64,000 nt of DNA from an uncultured Chloroflexia bacterium (GCA_963797095.1 CAWCNY010000003.1:448001-512000); one strand, 5' to 3'; shown: positions 32,398-43,503, counted from the stretch's first letter. Program-made: numbers and translations. The notes: generated from the letters alone by a model not told the origin.

Positions 32398-35292
32398 ATG
32401 CAAAATGCACCTGTGAGTGAGGCACATCAGCCAGCAGACGCCAGGGACCAGAAAAAGAAATCGAAGAAGAGGCAATGGTTCAAAGCGATAGTATCAACGT
32501 TGATCGCTATCGTCACAATCGTGGGGGCATGGGTGGCATGGCGTGCCCAGGTCGCGGGTGGCGATGGGGGCGACAATGACGCTAGAGGCTTGTTGGCGCT
32601 TCAAAACAACCAGGAGACGGTAGCTCTCAGTTATATACAGGCGAACAGCCACGAGATCGCCTATACGGATTATCTACGCAATCGTAAGATCGCGATTGGG
32701 ATGATGCAAGATGGTACGGTACAAAACGCCCTGGACCCGGAAAGCGTGGCCCTGCAGATAACGCAGACGCTGGACCTGGCGAATACCAACAAGTATTTCT
32801 TCTTCCCCGGGCGCTACCTGGACCAGAACGACCAGTACGATTTCAACCGCGAGGTCAATGAGCTATATGCCAAAGCTGAGCAGGAGAAAGACCTGGATTT
32901 CCAGAAATACTTCGATGCGTCAGACGCGTCGGGCGACAAGGTAATGGGCCTGATCGCGCTCCTTATCGTGCTGGCGGCATCGCTCTGGCTGCTTGCGCTG
33001 TCTGAGATCCTCGTCAGCGCCGTCAAGTATATGACCGGGCTTGGAGGCCTCATTTTCCTGATCATTGGAGGAGTGGCAGCCTACATAATTGATGCGGACC
33101 TGGCAGCACCCGGTGTCGTAGGGGCGGTGGTATGGCCCGTATCATTGATAGCAGGTGGCCTAACACTGGTGCTGGTGCTAGGTGCGGGCGTGCTGGTGCT
33201 GGCAAGCCGAGGAGGAAAGAAAAGGGTAGCCGTGGCGACACACGCGGGGCCACCTCCTGAGATGGGATATACCAATCCCCCACCCGGCTATGGAGGCTCG
33301 TATCCGCCACCTCCTCCCCCGCCGGGCTATCCGCCTCCTCCTGCTAATACACCCACACCGGTGTATGTGCCGACCAATGTACCGCCTCAATATCAGGGGA
33401 TGCCCCCCGCGCAGGGACAATATCCAGGTCCCGTGGCGAATATGAACACCCCGGCACCACCCGCTACACAAGCTAGAGAAGAAGAGGAGGAGGAAGAGGA
33501 GAAGGAGGAGCCGTTCAAGCAGATAGTGACGGTTTTGATCGCTACCGTGGCCTTGATCGCGACATTGATCGCTTACTTGCAAGCCGATGCTTCCAACCAG
33601 GCCGGTGGAGCGAACCGTAACGTGCAGCAGTACGCGCTGGATGCGCTGGGCGAGCGCACGTATGGGGAATCGCAGCTTGGGTACCACTATTACACAGCCG
33701 CGCAGGCATGGAAGCAACTGGATGTACTGGCGACTTCATCGGACCGGCATGGCAACTCGGCGGCGGCTGCACGCTATCGCAGCGCAATGGACGCCATAAG
33801 CCAGCGAACCGATATTTTTGATGCGAAGTATTTCGACCCCGATACGGACGTTGTACCCAACAGCGACGCTTATGCCGCAGACCTGTATGTTACCAGCGCA
33901 GCCGACCTGGCCGAACGCTCTGTGCTCCAGCTTGCATTGCATAGCGCCTGGGACGACAAAGCAAACGCCTATATAGCTCACCTGACCTTGCTCGCTGTGG
34001 CGCTCGCCCTCTTCGGCCTGGGATTGGCGATATCGGGGTTTGTGCGCTATATCTTCGCGGTCGCGGGGGTTCTAATGGTGAGTTTCACGATCGTGTGGGC
34101 TATGGGCACCTTTTTGCAGTCTATCACAACGATCAGCGACGAGGCTGTGGATGCCTATGCCATCGGGTATGGAGATAATTACGCTGCACGGTACCAGGAT
34201 GCGGTCGATTCTCTAAATAAGGCGCTGGACCTGGAGCCGGGCTATGCCAATGCACTGGCTGCACGCGCCGACGCTTACCTGGGCCTGTATTATGACGCAT
34301 ATTCGGACAACTACTATTCCACACTATCAGGCGATACAGACGCGGCAGACAAGAGCGCCCAGGAGGCGAATGATCTTCTACAGAAGGCCATCGACAACTA
34401 TGAAGCGGCCCGCACGGCGGGCAAGGACGATGTGAATGTCAACTGGAACCTGGGGTGGGCGTATTACTTGCAGGGGAAGTATGACGAAGCGATACAGACG
34501 GATGATCACGTGCTGGAACTCGACTCGACTACGATCGGTGTGAGGATGAACCGGGCGATAGCGCTGCTGGCAAGCGGTAGATATGAGGACGCGGAACTGG
34601 AATACAATACGGCGATCGCGCGTACCAGCGACCTGGTCACCGACGCGCTGGACAAAGGGAAGACGCTGTCTGCCGACTTCTGGTACTACCTGAACGCGGG
34701 GGTGGGCGATCTGTTCAACTTAGCCCTGAGGATGGAGGGTCTCAACTTCTACTTTACCGAGGCACCGCCTGGGGATACAATCGCCGATCCCAAACAGACG
34801 GAAAGCGAGGACTTGAACACCATCATCAAGCTGAGGAACAAGATCGCCATCTTTGAATATCAAGCGACCTATGGGAAGATGCCGGACCAGGCGCAAACGG
34901 GTGCAACGGTTGATCCTTTCGAGTTCGGGGCGGTTGTGGACGGGCAATCACAGGAAGCGACCGGCATAATATTCCCCAGCAACACGAAGGGGGTGAATAT
35001 GTATTACAGCTACCAGAACATCCCCGCCGGCTCGCGTGTGTCGTTCAAGGTGTACATCAATTTCTTCCATTACCCCGAATACGACTATGTCGTGGACGAT
35101 TGGGAGAATCCCGTAAATGATAGCAGAAAAATCACTGTTACCGACCCGTATGAGCAAGACAGTGAGGCGTATTATATGGCCCCAGGGCTGTATGAGATGG
35201 AGATGTACGTGGACAACCAGTACGTCCAGAGCGGGATCTTCTACGTTCAGTCGCCCGCCGAGGAGCAGGCGACGAAGAATAGTACGCCTTGA
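32398..35292 (+). CDS. Large membrane protein with a duplicated TM module, Pro-rich linker, TPRs and a C-terminal beta domain
   Basis: 964-aa ORF; TPR-like NKALDLEPGYANALAARADAY and NLGWAYYLQGKYDEAI. Confidence 0.8.
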   Translation: MQNAPVSEAHQPADARDQKKKSKKRQWFKAIVSTLIAIVTIVGAWVAWRAQVAGGDGGDNDARGLLALQNNQETVALSYIQANSHEIAYTDYLRNRKIAIGMMQDGTVQNALDPESVALQITQTLDLANTNKYFFFPGRYLDQNDQYDFNREVNELYAKAEQEKDLDFQKYFDASDASGDKVMGLIALLIVLAASLWLLALSEILVSAVKYMTGLGGLIFLIIGGVAAYIIDADLAAPGVVGAVVWPVSLIAGGLTLVLVLGAGVLVLASRGGKKRVAVATHAGPPPEMGYTNPPPGYGGSYPPPPPPPGYPPPPANTPTPVYVPTNVPPQYQGMPPAQGQYPGPVANMNTPAPPATQAREEEEEEEEKEEPFKQIVTVLIATVALIATLIAYLQADASNQAGGANRNVQQYALDALGERTYGESQLGYHYYTAAQAWKQLDVLATSSDRHGNSAAAARYRSAMDAISQRTDIFDAKYFDPDTDVVPNSDAYAADLYVTSAADLAERSVLQLALHSAWDDKANAYIAHLTLLAVALALFGLGLAISGFVRYIFAVAGVLMVSFTIVWAMGTFLQSITTISDEAVDAYAIGYGDNYAARYQDAVDSLNKALDLEPGYANALAARADAYLGLYYDAYSDNYYSTLSGDTDAADKSAQEANDLLQKAIDNYEAARTAGKDDVNVNWNLGWAYYLQGKYDEAIQTDDHVLELDSTTIGVRMNRAIALLASGRYEDAELEYNTAIARTSDLVTDALDKGKTLSADFWYYLNAGVGDLFNLALRMEGLNFYFTEAPPGDTIADPKQTESEDLNTIIKLRNKIAIFEYQATYGKMPDQAQTGATVDPFEFGAVVDGQSQEATGIIFPSNTKGVNMYYSYQNIPAGSRVSFKVYINFFHYPEYDYVVDDWENPVNDSRKITVTDPYEQDSEAYYMAPGLYEMEMYVDNQYVQSGIFYVQSPAEEQATKNSTP

Positions 35293-35341
35293 TCCTTAGC
35301 ATAAGAGAGTAAGCTGGGGTCGATCATGCACGAGAAGGCAT

Positions 35342-36367
35342 ATGCTGTTTGACGCATTGATTGGCGCCGACCTGGAGCAAGCAGGACACGCGGCAGAGGT
35401 GGCCGAGCGGCTTGGCCTGGACGGGGTGTGGACTAATGAGACAGCGCACGACCCCTTCCTGACGCTGGCGCAGGCGGCGATGGCAACCGAGAGGGTGCAG
35501 CTAGGCACGGCGGTTGCCATCGCTTTCCCGCGCAGCCCGACCACGATGGCATACACAGGCTGGGACCTGGCGCGGGCCTCAAGGGGGCGGTTTATCCTGG
35601 GGTTGGGCACGCAGGTGAAGGCGCATATCGAGCGACGCTTTTCGGTGGCGTGGGATGCGCCTGTGGAACGACTGCGTGACTATATCGGGGCGGTGAGGGC
35701 GGTGTGGGAGTGCTGGCAGACAGGGGAGCGGTTGCGGTACGAGGGGCCTTACTATAGTTTGAAGCTGATGACGCCGTTCTTTAGCCCACCACCCCTGGAC
35801 AACCCGGCGGACGGGCCACCGATCTTTATCGCGGGGGTAAACCGCAGGCTGTGCAGGCTGGCGGGGGAGGTGTGCGATGGATTTCATGTGCACCCGTTTC
35901 ATACGGCGCTTTATGTGCGAGAGCATATTTTGCCGTGGATTGGGGAGGGGCTGGCAGCCGCGAGCAGAGGGCGCGGCGACGTGCAGGTCTGCGCCAGCGT
36001 GTTTGCTATAGTGGGGATGGGGGAGGACAGGGAGCGCGCAAGGGAGGATATACGCAAGCAGATCGCGTTCTATGCGTCCACGCCGACTTACCGGACGCTG
36101 CTGGATGCGCATGGGTGGGGAGATGTGGGCGAAAAGTTGAGCGGGTTGGCTAGGCGAGGCCGCTGGGACGAGATGGGGAGGTTGATCACGGACGAAATGC
36201 TGGCTGAGATCGCGGTGGAAGGTGATACGAGAGGGGAGGCAGCGCGTAGACTCAAGGAGCGTTATACTGGGGTGGCCGACAGGGTGGCTCTATACGAGCC
36301 GTTCGTGCCGGGCGAGCGGGACGACGAGTGGGCGGAGGCGGCTGCTGTAATGAGGGGCAAAGGATGA
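35342..36367 (+). CDS. F420-dependent LLM-class oxidoreductase (TIGR03617-like)
   Basis: ETAHDPFL, AIAFPRSP, GRFILGLGTQVKAHIERRF, IAFYASTPTY. Confidence 0.9.
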   Translation: MLFDALIGADLEQAGHAAEVAERLGLDGVWTNETAHDPFLTLAQAAMATERVQLGTAVAIAFPRSPTTMAYTGWDLARASRGRFILGLGTQVKAHIERRFSVAWDAPVERLRDYIGAVRAVWECWQTGERLRYEGPYYSLKLMTPFFSPPPLDNPADGPPIFIAGVNRRLCRLAGEVCDGFHVHPFHTALYVREHILPWIGEGLAAASRGRGDVQVCASVFAIVGMGEDRERAREDIRKQIAFYASTPTYRTLLDAHGWGDVGEKLSGLARRGRWDEMGRLITDEMLAEIAVEGDTRGEAARRLKERYTGVADRVALYEPFVPGERDDEWAEAAAVMRGKG

Positions 36368-37044
36368 GCGGTATTTCGGGTATACGACTCGATTCGGTGA
36401 CGGGGCCGCACGCGGGGACCAGGTTATTGGCGGTGGGCGAGCCGCTGGAAAGCGCACAAGCGGTGATGCTGATGGTGCACGGGCGCGGTGCGACAGCCGA
36501 GGACATACTGTCACTGGCAGAGGAATTAGACGTGAGTGGGTTTGCGTATGTGGCCCCGCAGGCGGCGGGGAACACGTGGTACCCTTACCCTTTCCTCGCG
36601 CCTATGGAGATGAACGAGCCGTGGTTGTCGTCGGCGCTGTCGGTGGTGGGTGGGACGGTGCGATTGCTGGGGAGTAAGGGCTTTTCGCCGGAGAGAATAG
36701 CGGTGCTGGGGTTTTCGCAGGGGGCGTGCCTGGTTACGGAGTACGTGGCGCGCAACGCAAGGCGATATGGCGGCGTGGTGGGGCTGAGCGGGGGATTGAT
36801 TGGACCGGATGGCACACCACGCGCCTATCCAGGCTCAATGGAGGGCACGCCCGTGTTTCTGGGATGCAGCGATGTGGACCCGCATATCCCCAAGGAGCGG
36901 GTGTATGAGACCGAGAGGGTGTTCGAGAAACTCGGTGGAGAAGTAACGGCTCGCCTGTACCGGAATATGGGGCACACGGTCAATATGGATGAGATAGAGT
37001 TCGCGCGCGGCATTATGAGGAAGGCAGCGCCGGAGAACGCATAA
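36364..37044 (+). CDS. Phospholipase/carboxylesterase (alpha/beta hydrolase)
   Basis: HGRG, GFSQGA nucleophile elbow, DPHIP, MGH. Confidence 0.9.
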   Translation: MSGISGIRLDSVTGPHAGTRLLAVGEPLESAQAVMLMVHGRGATAEDILSLAEELDVSGFAYVAPQAAGNTWYPYPFLAPMEMNEPWLSSALSVVGGTVRLLGSKGFSPERIAVLGFSQGACLVTEYVARNARRYGGVVGLSGGLIGPDGTPRAYPGSMEGTPVFLGCSDVDPHIPKERVYETERVFEKLGGEVTARLYRNMGHTVNMDEIEFARGIMRKAAPENA

Positions 37045-38151
37045 TGTTTGACATACTTGTGCGGGTGGTGGTTTTCCTGCTGGGGGTCGTACTGCTGTAC
37101 ACTGTGCTGCGGTCGGCTGTTGTGACGTTCATCCTGACCCGCGAGGGGCGCAGCTTTATTACTCGCAGGTTGTTCCTGGTTATGCGATTGATATTCAACG
37201 CGATCATCAATCGCTTCCCCGACTATAAGAGACGCGATCAGGTGATGGCGTTGTATGCGCCGATCAGTCTGTTGCTGCTGGTGGTGACATGGCTGGTGCT
37301 GTCTCTGGTGGGGTTTTCGGGGATGTTCTGGGCGACAGGCACCGAAGACCTGGAAACCGCGTACAGGCTCGGTATGTCGTCGCTGTTCACGCTCGGTTTT
37401 GCCTCGGCGGAGAACCTGGGGCAGACTGTGATCATTTTCGTGGCGGCCACTACAGGGCTGCTGCTGATCGCGGTGTTGATAGGATATTTGCCGACCATTT
37501 ACGCCGCATTTTCGAGGCGGGAGACGCTGGTGACGCTGCTGGAGGTACGAGCAGGCAACCCGCCTTTCGTGGCGGACCTGTTCGAGCGGTTCTATCGAAT
37601 CCACGGGTTTGAGAAGCTGAACGATATGTGGAGGCAGTGGGAGGTGTGGTTCGCTGAGCTGGACGAAACGCATACTTCGCTGGCGGTGCTGCCGTTCTAC
37701 AGGTCGCCGAGGGCGGGGCATTCGTGGATCGTGGCGGCGGGAGCGGTGCTCGAACTCGGCTTCGATGGCGGTTTCCACGCTCGATATTCCTCACGACGCG
37801 CAGGCGGACCTGTGCATCAGGGCTGGATACCTGGCTTTGCGCCATATCGCGGACTTCTTTGTACTGTCATACAACCCTGACCCTAAGAAGGGCGATCCTA
37901 TCAGCATTACGAAAGAGGAGTTTGATGCAGTGTATGACCGCCTGGCAAATTACGGCATCCCGATGAAGCCTAACCGACAGCTGGCGTGGGAGGATTTCGC
38001 GGGGTGGCGGGTGAATTATGATACGGTGCTGAGAGCGCTGGCGGTGCTGGCGATGGCCCCGGAAGCGCCCTGGATTTCGGACGAGAAGCGCATCCCTGAG
38101 CACGCGATCAGGCTAAGGAGGGTGTACAGGACGCTGGCGCGGGACGAGTAG
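37044..38151 (+). pseudogene. Ion-channel-like membrane protein split by a +1 frameshift
   Basis: Removing one A at 37753-37754 joins ORF 37044 to ORF 37765 (GAVLDSASMAVS). Pore-like SLFTLGF. Could be a sequencing error. Confidence 0.7.
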
Positions 38152-38814
38152 CTAGGCTTTGCCGGAGAGGATGGGCCAGTTCCGATGGCGGGCTTCCTCG
38201 GCGAGTTGCTCGTCGGGATCGACTGCGTGGGGATGGCCGAAAAGTTGTAGGAATGGGATGTCGTTGGCGGTGTCGCCGTAGGCGTAGCAATTGGCGGGGT
38301 CCAGGTCCAATCTCTTGCAGATGGCGAGAGCGCGAGCCGCTTTCCCCTCACCCTGGCATGGCGGACCATCCAGGCGGGCGATATAGACTCCGTTGCGCTG
38401 AACATAGCGCGTACCCTCACCTTCGCCACCCAATGCCTCGGCTATGCGGACGATCAAGTCATGCAGGCCTGCGCTCAGTAGAAAAAGAGGCATCCCTTCT
38501 CGCTGGTGGGCCTTGAGACGCTCAAGTGTGCCGGGCTTAATTAGCTGCATTGCCTCCGGTACGACAGCCTCGACCAACCTGCCCACATTGGCTGCTTTCT
38601 GCCCTGCCATTGCCCGTTTGATGGCGGCTAGCCGCACGCTCTGTTTGAGCTTACCCGGTGCGATCTTGCCCAGGATGCCGAAGAAGTAGAACTGCGACTT
38701 CTGCCAGGGCGAGAAGAAGCCCATCTTGCTGCCCGCCGCCAGCGACATCCTGGGGAGGTTGCCGTCGATGAGAGTGCCTTCTACGTCTGAAAAAACGGCT
38801 GAGTTTGCGGGCAT
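38152..38814 (-). CDS. HAD-IB family hydrolase
   Basis: DVEGTL, LSAG, GEGK, AYGDTAND. Confidence 0.88.
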   Translation of the reverse strand: MPANSAVFSDVEGTLIDGNLPRMSLAAGSKMGFFSPWQKSQFYFFGILGKIAPGKLKQSVRLAAIKRAMAGQKAANVGRLVEAVVPEAMQLIKPGTLERLKAHQREGMPLFLLSAGLHDLIVRIAEALGGEGEGTRYVQRNGVYIARLDGPPCQGEGKAARALAICKRLDLDPANCYAYGDTANDIPFLQLFGHPHAVDPDEQLAEEARHRNWPILSGKA

Positions 38815-38893
38815 AGGTGCTTTGGGATGACGAGTGACCGGTGACCGGTGGTTGGGATTAGTAGGTGTTGTTTTTGGTTTATTGGCTATGTGG

Positions 38894-40045
38894 TTAGTAG
38901 GTTATGCTATTGTCGGGTAGAATCTTGGATGGTTGGAGCTTCAGGCCGTGAGATAGATGGTTGTTTGCTCCTGTCTGGGCGTGATCTCCTATTATCGAGT
39001 TGTTATCTATGATGGTACCAGGGCCTATATTGGCTTCTGTGGCAATTATGCTGTTGTGAACGCGACTCCTGGGGGCGAAGGTCACACCTGCCCATGCTAC
39101 TACGTTTCTCAATTCCGCGTCTTCTTCTACACTGCAATTATCGCCGAGGACGGCAGGGCCGAGGATGAAAGCTCCTTTATCGAGGTGGCAACCTGCGCCA
39201 AGCACTACGGGACCGGACACGCGAGCATTATTGTGCACAAACGTGCCTTCGCCCGCCCACAGGTTGTCACGCATTAGCTCGACATCGAGGGGCATGGCGT
39301 GAGCTAGCCTGCCGGTAAGGAGATCGATATGGGCCTGGAGATACTTGGCGGGTGTACCGATGTCCATCCAGTACGCGCCACTCCTGTAGCCATACAGCGG
39401 CTTGCGCTCGTGAAGGAGGCGCGGGAAAAGGCCGTATTCCACCGAATAGGGGCGTCCCGGCGGTATCTCCTCCAATATTTGAGGGGGGGATATGTAGTCG
39501 AGCATGGCAGGCTCTATCAGGTAGGTGCCCGCGTTGATCCAGTTGGAGGTGGCTTCTTCGCGCTTGGGCTTTTCGGTGAAGCGCTGGATGCGACCTGAGT
39601 CCTCCATATCGACCACACCGTAGGCGCTGGGGTCCTCCACTGGGGTGAGGGAAATGGTGCACACCGAGCCGTTGTCGCGGTGGAAGCGGATCATGTCGGT
39701 GAGGTCGAGGTCGGTGAGGACATCGCCATTGAACACAAGAAAAGTCTCGTGGGGGTCGAGGTGGTCCTGGACGTTCTTGATGGCCCAGCCTGTGTCGAGT
39801 GGCCGCTCTTCGCGCACGTAGGTCAGGTTCACACCCAGGTGCGAGCCATCGCCGTAGGCGGTGATGAAGCCCTCGGAGCGATAGCCGACAGCCAGGATCA
39901 CATCCGTGATGCCGTGCTGCTTGAGGAGGTAAAGGACGTAATCGAAGAAGGGCCGGTTGACCAGGGGCAGGAGCGGCTTGGGTGTGTGTAATGTGAGCGG
40001 GCGGAGGCGCGTGCCTTGCCCGCCTACCAGGATTACTGCTTTCAT
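38894..40045 (-). CDS. NDP-sugar pyrophosphorylase (mannose-1-phosphate guanylyltransferase-like)
   Basis: ILVGGQGTRLRPLT..PKPLLP, FTEKP, WMDIGTP; C-terminal left-handed beta-helix repeats. Confidence 0.92.
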   Translation of the reverse strand: MKAVILVGGQGTRLRPLTLHTPKPLLPLVNRPFFDYVLYLLKQHGITDVILAVGYRSEGFITAYGDGSHLGVNLTYVREERPLDTGWAIKNVQDHLDPHETFLVFNGDVLTDLDLTDMIRFHRDNGSVCTISLTPVEDPSAYGVVDMEDSGRIQRFTEKPKREEATSNWINAGTYLIEPAMLDYISPPQILEEIPPGRPYSVEYGLFPRLLHERKPLYGYRSGAYWMDIGTPAKYLQAHIDLLTGRLAHAMPLDVELMRDNLWAGEGTFVHNNARVSGPVVLGAGCHLDKGAFILGPAVLGDNCSVEEDAELRNVVAWAGVTFAPRSRVHNSIIATEANIGPGTIIDNNSIIGDHAQTGANNHLSHGLKLQPSKILPDNSITY

Positions 40046-40113
40046 AGTTTTCGGTAGTCGGCAGCCGGCAGCCGGCTGCCGGTAGCCGGAGGGGGGTCGT
40101 TTCTGATAGCCGG

Positions 40114-41073
40114 CTACCGGCTGCCGGCTGCCTGCCTCCAATAGTCGAGAATATCGCGCAGGGTCCGTTCGATTGGTATGTTGGTTTGCCAGCCTGTGCG
40201 CTTGTGGAACTTTGCCGGGTCGCAGACCATTATGGGGATGTCGGAGGGGCGCATACGGGCGGGGTCCTGGCGCACTTCTACCTGCACCCGGCTCATACCG
40301 ATCAGGGTGTCGAGCACCCATTGGATCGCATAACCGTTGCCGGAACCTACATTGTACACCTCTCCAGGCTCGCCTTTTGTGATGGCTAGATAGTAGGCGC
40401 GTACCATGTCGCGCACGTCCGAAAAATCGCGCTCCGCCTCCAGGTTGCCCACGTAAATTACGGCTTCCTGTTTGCCTGCTTCGATGAGGGCCACCTGGCG
40501 GGCAAAGGCGGCGGTGACGAACGCATCGGTCTGGCCGGGACCGATATGGTTGAAGGCACGCACGCGGATGGTCGGCTGCTTGTAGCTGAGGAAATACTGG
40601 AGCGCGAGGGCATCCTGGGCGATCTTGCTGACGGCGTAAGGATTGTTGGGACGGAAAGGTGTCTCCTCATCGAGGGGGATGTCTTCAGGGCGCACCAGCC
40701 CATATTGTTCGGAGGAGCAGGCGATCATGATGCGCGCTTCGGGCGAGTGCTTTCTGAGAGAGTTGAGCAGGTTTAACTGTCCTACCACGTTGTTGACGAT
40801 GGTGGCTTCGGGGTCGGCGAAGGCGCGCTGGACATTGCTCTGAGCCGCCAGGTGAAAGACGAAGTCGGGCTTGAGATCGGCTATCATCTCATCGGCCTGT
40901 TCGCGACTGGTGAGATCGCAAGCGCGCCACTGGAGGCGAGACAACTCGATACCGTCGGGGCGAGTATGGGCGTTTCCGAAGAGATCCCAACCTGTATGCT
41001 GGTCGAGGTATGTGAGCAGGTGCTTGCCGACGAAGCCACCCGCCCCCGTGATAAGCGCGCGTTTTTCAGGCAT
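40114..41073 (-). CDS. GDP-sugar dehydratase/reductase (Gmd/Rmd-like SDR)
   Basis: ITGAGGFVG, HLAAQS, YAVSK, FNHIGPGQ, RDFSDVRD. Confidence 0.88.
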   Translation of the reverse strand: MPEKRALITGAGGFVGKHLLTYLDQHTGWDLFGNAHTRPDGIELSRLQWRACDLTSREQADEMIADLKPDFVFHLAAQSNVQRAFADPEATIVNNVVGQLNLLNSLRKHSPEARIMIACSSEQYGLVRPEDIPLDEETPFRPNNPYAVSKIAQDALALQYFLSYKQPTIRVRAFNHIGPGQTDAFVTAAFARQVALIEAGKQEAVIYVGNLEAERDFSDVRDMVRAYYLAITKGEPGEVYNVGSGNGYAIQWVLDTLIGMSRVQVEVRQDPARMRPSDIPIMVCDPAKFHKRTGWQTNIPIERTLRDILDYWRQAAGSR

Positions 41074-41227
41074 ATTGAGTGGATTTAGTGACGGAGAACA
41101 CGGAGATCACATAGCTCAGGAAGATGCTCCGCAGGGATCCTGCGGCGTAGAGATTATACCCTAACCTGCAAGGAAGGCACAAACCAACGGAGTGGAGAGC
41201 TATATGATCCCCATGCGTATCGTGAGA

Positions 41228-41251
41228 GGGCGCGGCGTGCCGCGCCCCTAC
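41228..41251 (-). repeat. GTAG-type REP palindrome downstream of metK
   Basis: Minus strand GTAG-gggcgcggc-ac-gccgcgccc. Confidence 0.7.
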
Positions 41252-41281
41252 GGGTGGATTTGAATGTGCAATATGCCGATA

Positions 41282-42592
41282 TTATCTGGTGCCCACCGCC
41301 GAAGAGCGGCGGCCATTGGCGTCGACCACGTTGGGAACAAGCACTTCAAGCTTCTCGTCAGCAGGGAGACCGGCGTCACGCCTGAGAGCCTCGGCTTTGT
41401 CGGTGCGCTCCCAGGGGGCATCAATGTCGGTTCTGCCGAAGTGGCCGTAGGCCGCGGTCGCCTTGTAGATTGGCCTGCGAAGGTTGAGATCGCGGATGAT
41501 CGCGCCCGGACGCAGGTCGAAGTACTTGTTAACAAGCTCAAGTATCTGATCATTGGGGATGCGGCCAGTGCCGTAGGTCTCAACCATGATGGAGATTGGG
41601 TGAGCCACACCGATGGCATAGGAAAGCTGTATCTCGCACCTGTCGGCCAGGCCCGCAGCCACTATGTTCTTGGCGACGTAGCGTGCGGCGTAGGCAGCCG
41701 AGCGATCAACCTTGGTTGGGTCTTTGCCGGAGAAAGCGCCGCCGCCGTGGCGGGCAATACCGCCATAGGTATCCACGATGATCTTGCGCCCGGTAAGACC
41801 GGCATCGCCCATCGGCCCGCCGATCACGAACTTGCCGGTTGGGTTGATGTAGATGTGCGTGTTGCTGTCGAGCAGATTGGCGGGGATCACTCGTTCGATC
41901 ACCTCTTTGCGGATCGACTGCGCGATCTCCTCAAGTGTCACGTACGGCTCGTGTTGCGCGGAGATAACGACGGCATCGACGCGCACAGGCTTGCCGTGGT
42001 GGTACTCGACCGTCACCTGGCTCTTGCCGTCGGGGCGCAGCCAGGGGAGGACGTGGGTCTTACGGGCCTCGGAGAGGCGGCGCGCCAGCTTGTGGGCAAG
42101 TGAGATGGTGAGGGGCATCAACTCCTCAGTCTCGTTGCAGGCGAAGCCGATCATCATGCCCTGGTCACCAGCGCCGATCTTCTCGATCATATCATCGGTG
42201 TCCATAGCACCCTGCTTCGACTCATGGGCTTCGTCCACACCCATGGCGATATCGGGCGATTGCTCGTGAATTGATACGACCACCGCGCAGGTTTCGGCAT
42301 CGAAGCCGTACTTGGCGCGCACATAGCCGGCCTGCTCTATAGTGTCGCGGGCGATCTTTTGCACATTGATCCAGGCGTCGGTGGTGATCTCGCCCATGAC
42401 AACGATTAGGCCGGTGGTAGTGGCGCATTCGCAGGCCACGCGGGCATCGCTGTCCTGGGCCAGGATCGCGTCGAGCACGGCGTCCGAGATCTGGTCGCAC
42501 AGCTTGTCGGGGTGGCCCTCCGTCACCGACTCGGAGGTGAGGAAAAGTTGTGGTGCCGACATGAATGTCGGTTCGCGTTGTTCTTTGCCCAT
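41282..42592 (-). CDS. metK: S-adenosylmethionine synthetase
   Basis: [27 protein letters not shown]. Confidence 0.98.
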   Translation of the reverse strand: MGKEQREPTFMSAPQLFLTSESVTEGHPDKLCDQISDAVLDAILAQDSDARVACECATTTGLIVVMGEITTDAWINVQKIARDTIEQAGYVRAKYGFDAETCAVVVSIHEQSPDIAMGVDEAHESKQGAMDTDDMIEKIGAGDQGMMIGFACNETEELMPLTISLAHKLARRLSEARKTHVLPWLRPDGKSQVTVEYHHGKPVRVDAVVISAQHEPYVTLEEIAQSIRKEVIERVIPANLLDSNTHIYINPTGKFVIGGPMGDAGLTGRKIIVDTYGGIARHGGGAFSGKDPTKVDRSAAYAARYVAKNIVAAGLADRCEIQLSYAIGVAHPISIMVETYGTGRIPNDQILELVNKYFDLRPGAIIRDLNLRRPIYKATAAYGHFGRTDIDAPWERTDKAEALRRDAGLPADEKLEVLVPNVVDANGRRSSAVGTR

Positions 42593-42610
42593 GATATGCT
42601 TGTTCTCCTT

Positions 42611-42720
42611 TTTATGGTTCCAAGTTCCTGGTAGTCGGTAGTCGGTAGTCGGTAGTCGGTAGTCGGTAGTCGGTAGTCGGTTGTGGGACTAGGAACTTGG
42701 AACTTGGAACTTGGAACTTG
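42611..42720. repeat. Phased heptamer array (agtcggt)n plus inverted (ggaactt)n
   Basis: Directly visible tandem 7-mers. Confidence 0.9.
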
Positions 42721-43420
42721 TCTCTACTCGACAAGCGAACGCCTTGATTAGCTCGCTTGTATTGCGCGTGATCGGTATGCCGTGACCCATGCAGAGCACT
42801 TGTACACCCATACCTGCCACCTTCTGGATGGAGCGTATGTCCTCGGCCATATCGACGGTGACAGGAGCGAACGGCAAGGTGAGGTGGCGGGGCCAGACAC
42901 CCATCATCACGTCACCACAGAAAAGGACCTTGCGCTCCGGCTGCCAGAAGGCTATATGGCCGGGGACGTGGCCCGGAGTGGAAACCACATGCAAGCCACC
43001 CATCGCTTCCTCTATCACATCACCATCGTTGAGGATGCGGGCAACGGGAGTCGAGGGGAAAGTGGATGGAGGCAAGGGTAGATAGCGCCATATACCGCTC
43101 ATTGTGTCCCTGGGACGCCCAACTATTGGCTGCCCATCCTGTATTACGGCGCTCTCAGGCGCGGAGGCGTATACATCCGCCCCGGTGGCCTTTTGGAACT
43201 CTTGCAAGCCGCCCACGTGATCAGGGTGGGCATGGGTGATGAGGATACGCTTCACATCTACCGGAGCGTAACCCAACCCGCCCAACTGCTTCAGGATGCG
43301 CTTGGGCGCGAGGGAAAGCCCCGTATCAATGATCGTCAACCCGTCGGGGTCTTCGATCATATAGACACGGCCCACCAGGAGACCGGTGAAGGTATATAAG
43401 CCGGGAAGGATCCTTCTCAA
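42689..43420 (-). CDS. Metallo-beta-lactamase-fold hydrolase
   Basis: THAHPDH, TPGH, GD, GHG. Confidence 0.9.
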   Translation of the reverse strand: MRRILPGLYTFTGLLVGRVYMIEDPDGLTIIDTGLSLAPKRILKQLGGLGYAPVDVKRILITHAHPDHVGGLQEFQKATGADVYASAPESAVIQDGQPIVGRPRDTMSGIWRYLPLPPSTFPSTPVARILNDGDVIEEAMGGLHVVSTPGHVPGHIAFWQPERKVLFCGDVMMGVWPRHLTLPFAPVTVDMAEDIRSIQKVAGMGVQVLCMGHGIPITRNTSELIKAFACRVETSSKFQVPSS

Positions 43421-43500
43421 TTCGGTAGTTCGGTAGTCGGTGTTCGGTAGTCGGTAGTCGGTAGCGTGAGTATTCTCTGGCTACCGACTACCGATTACGG
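43421..43500. repeat. Inverted heptamer arrays (cggtagt)n / (actaccg)n
   Basis: Directly visible; forms a hairpin. Confidence 0.88.
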
Positions 43501-43503
43501 TTC

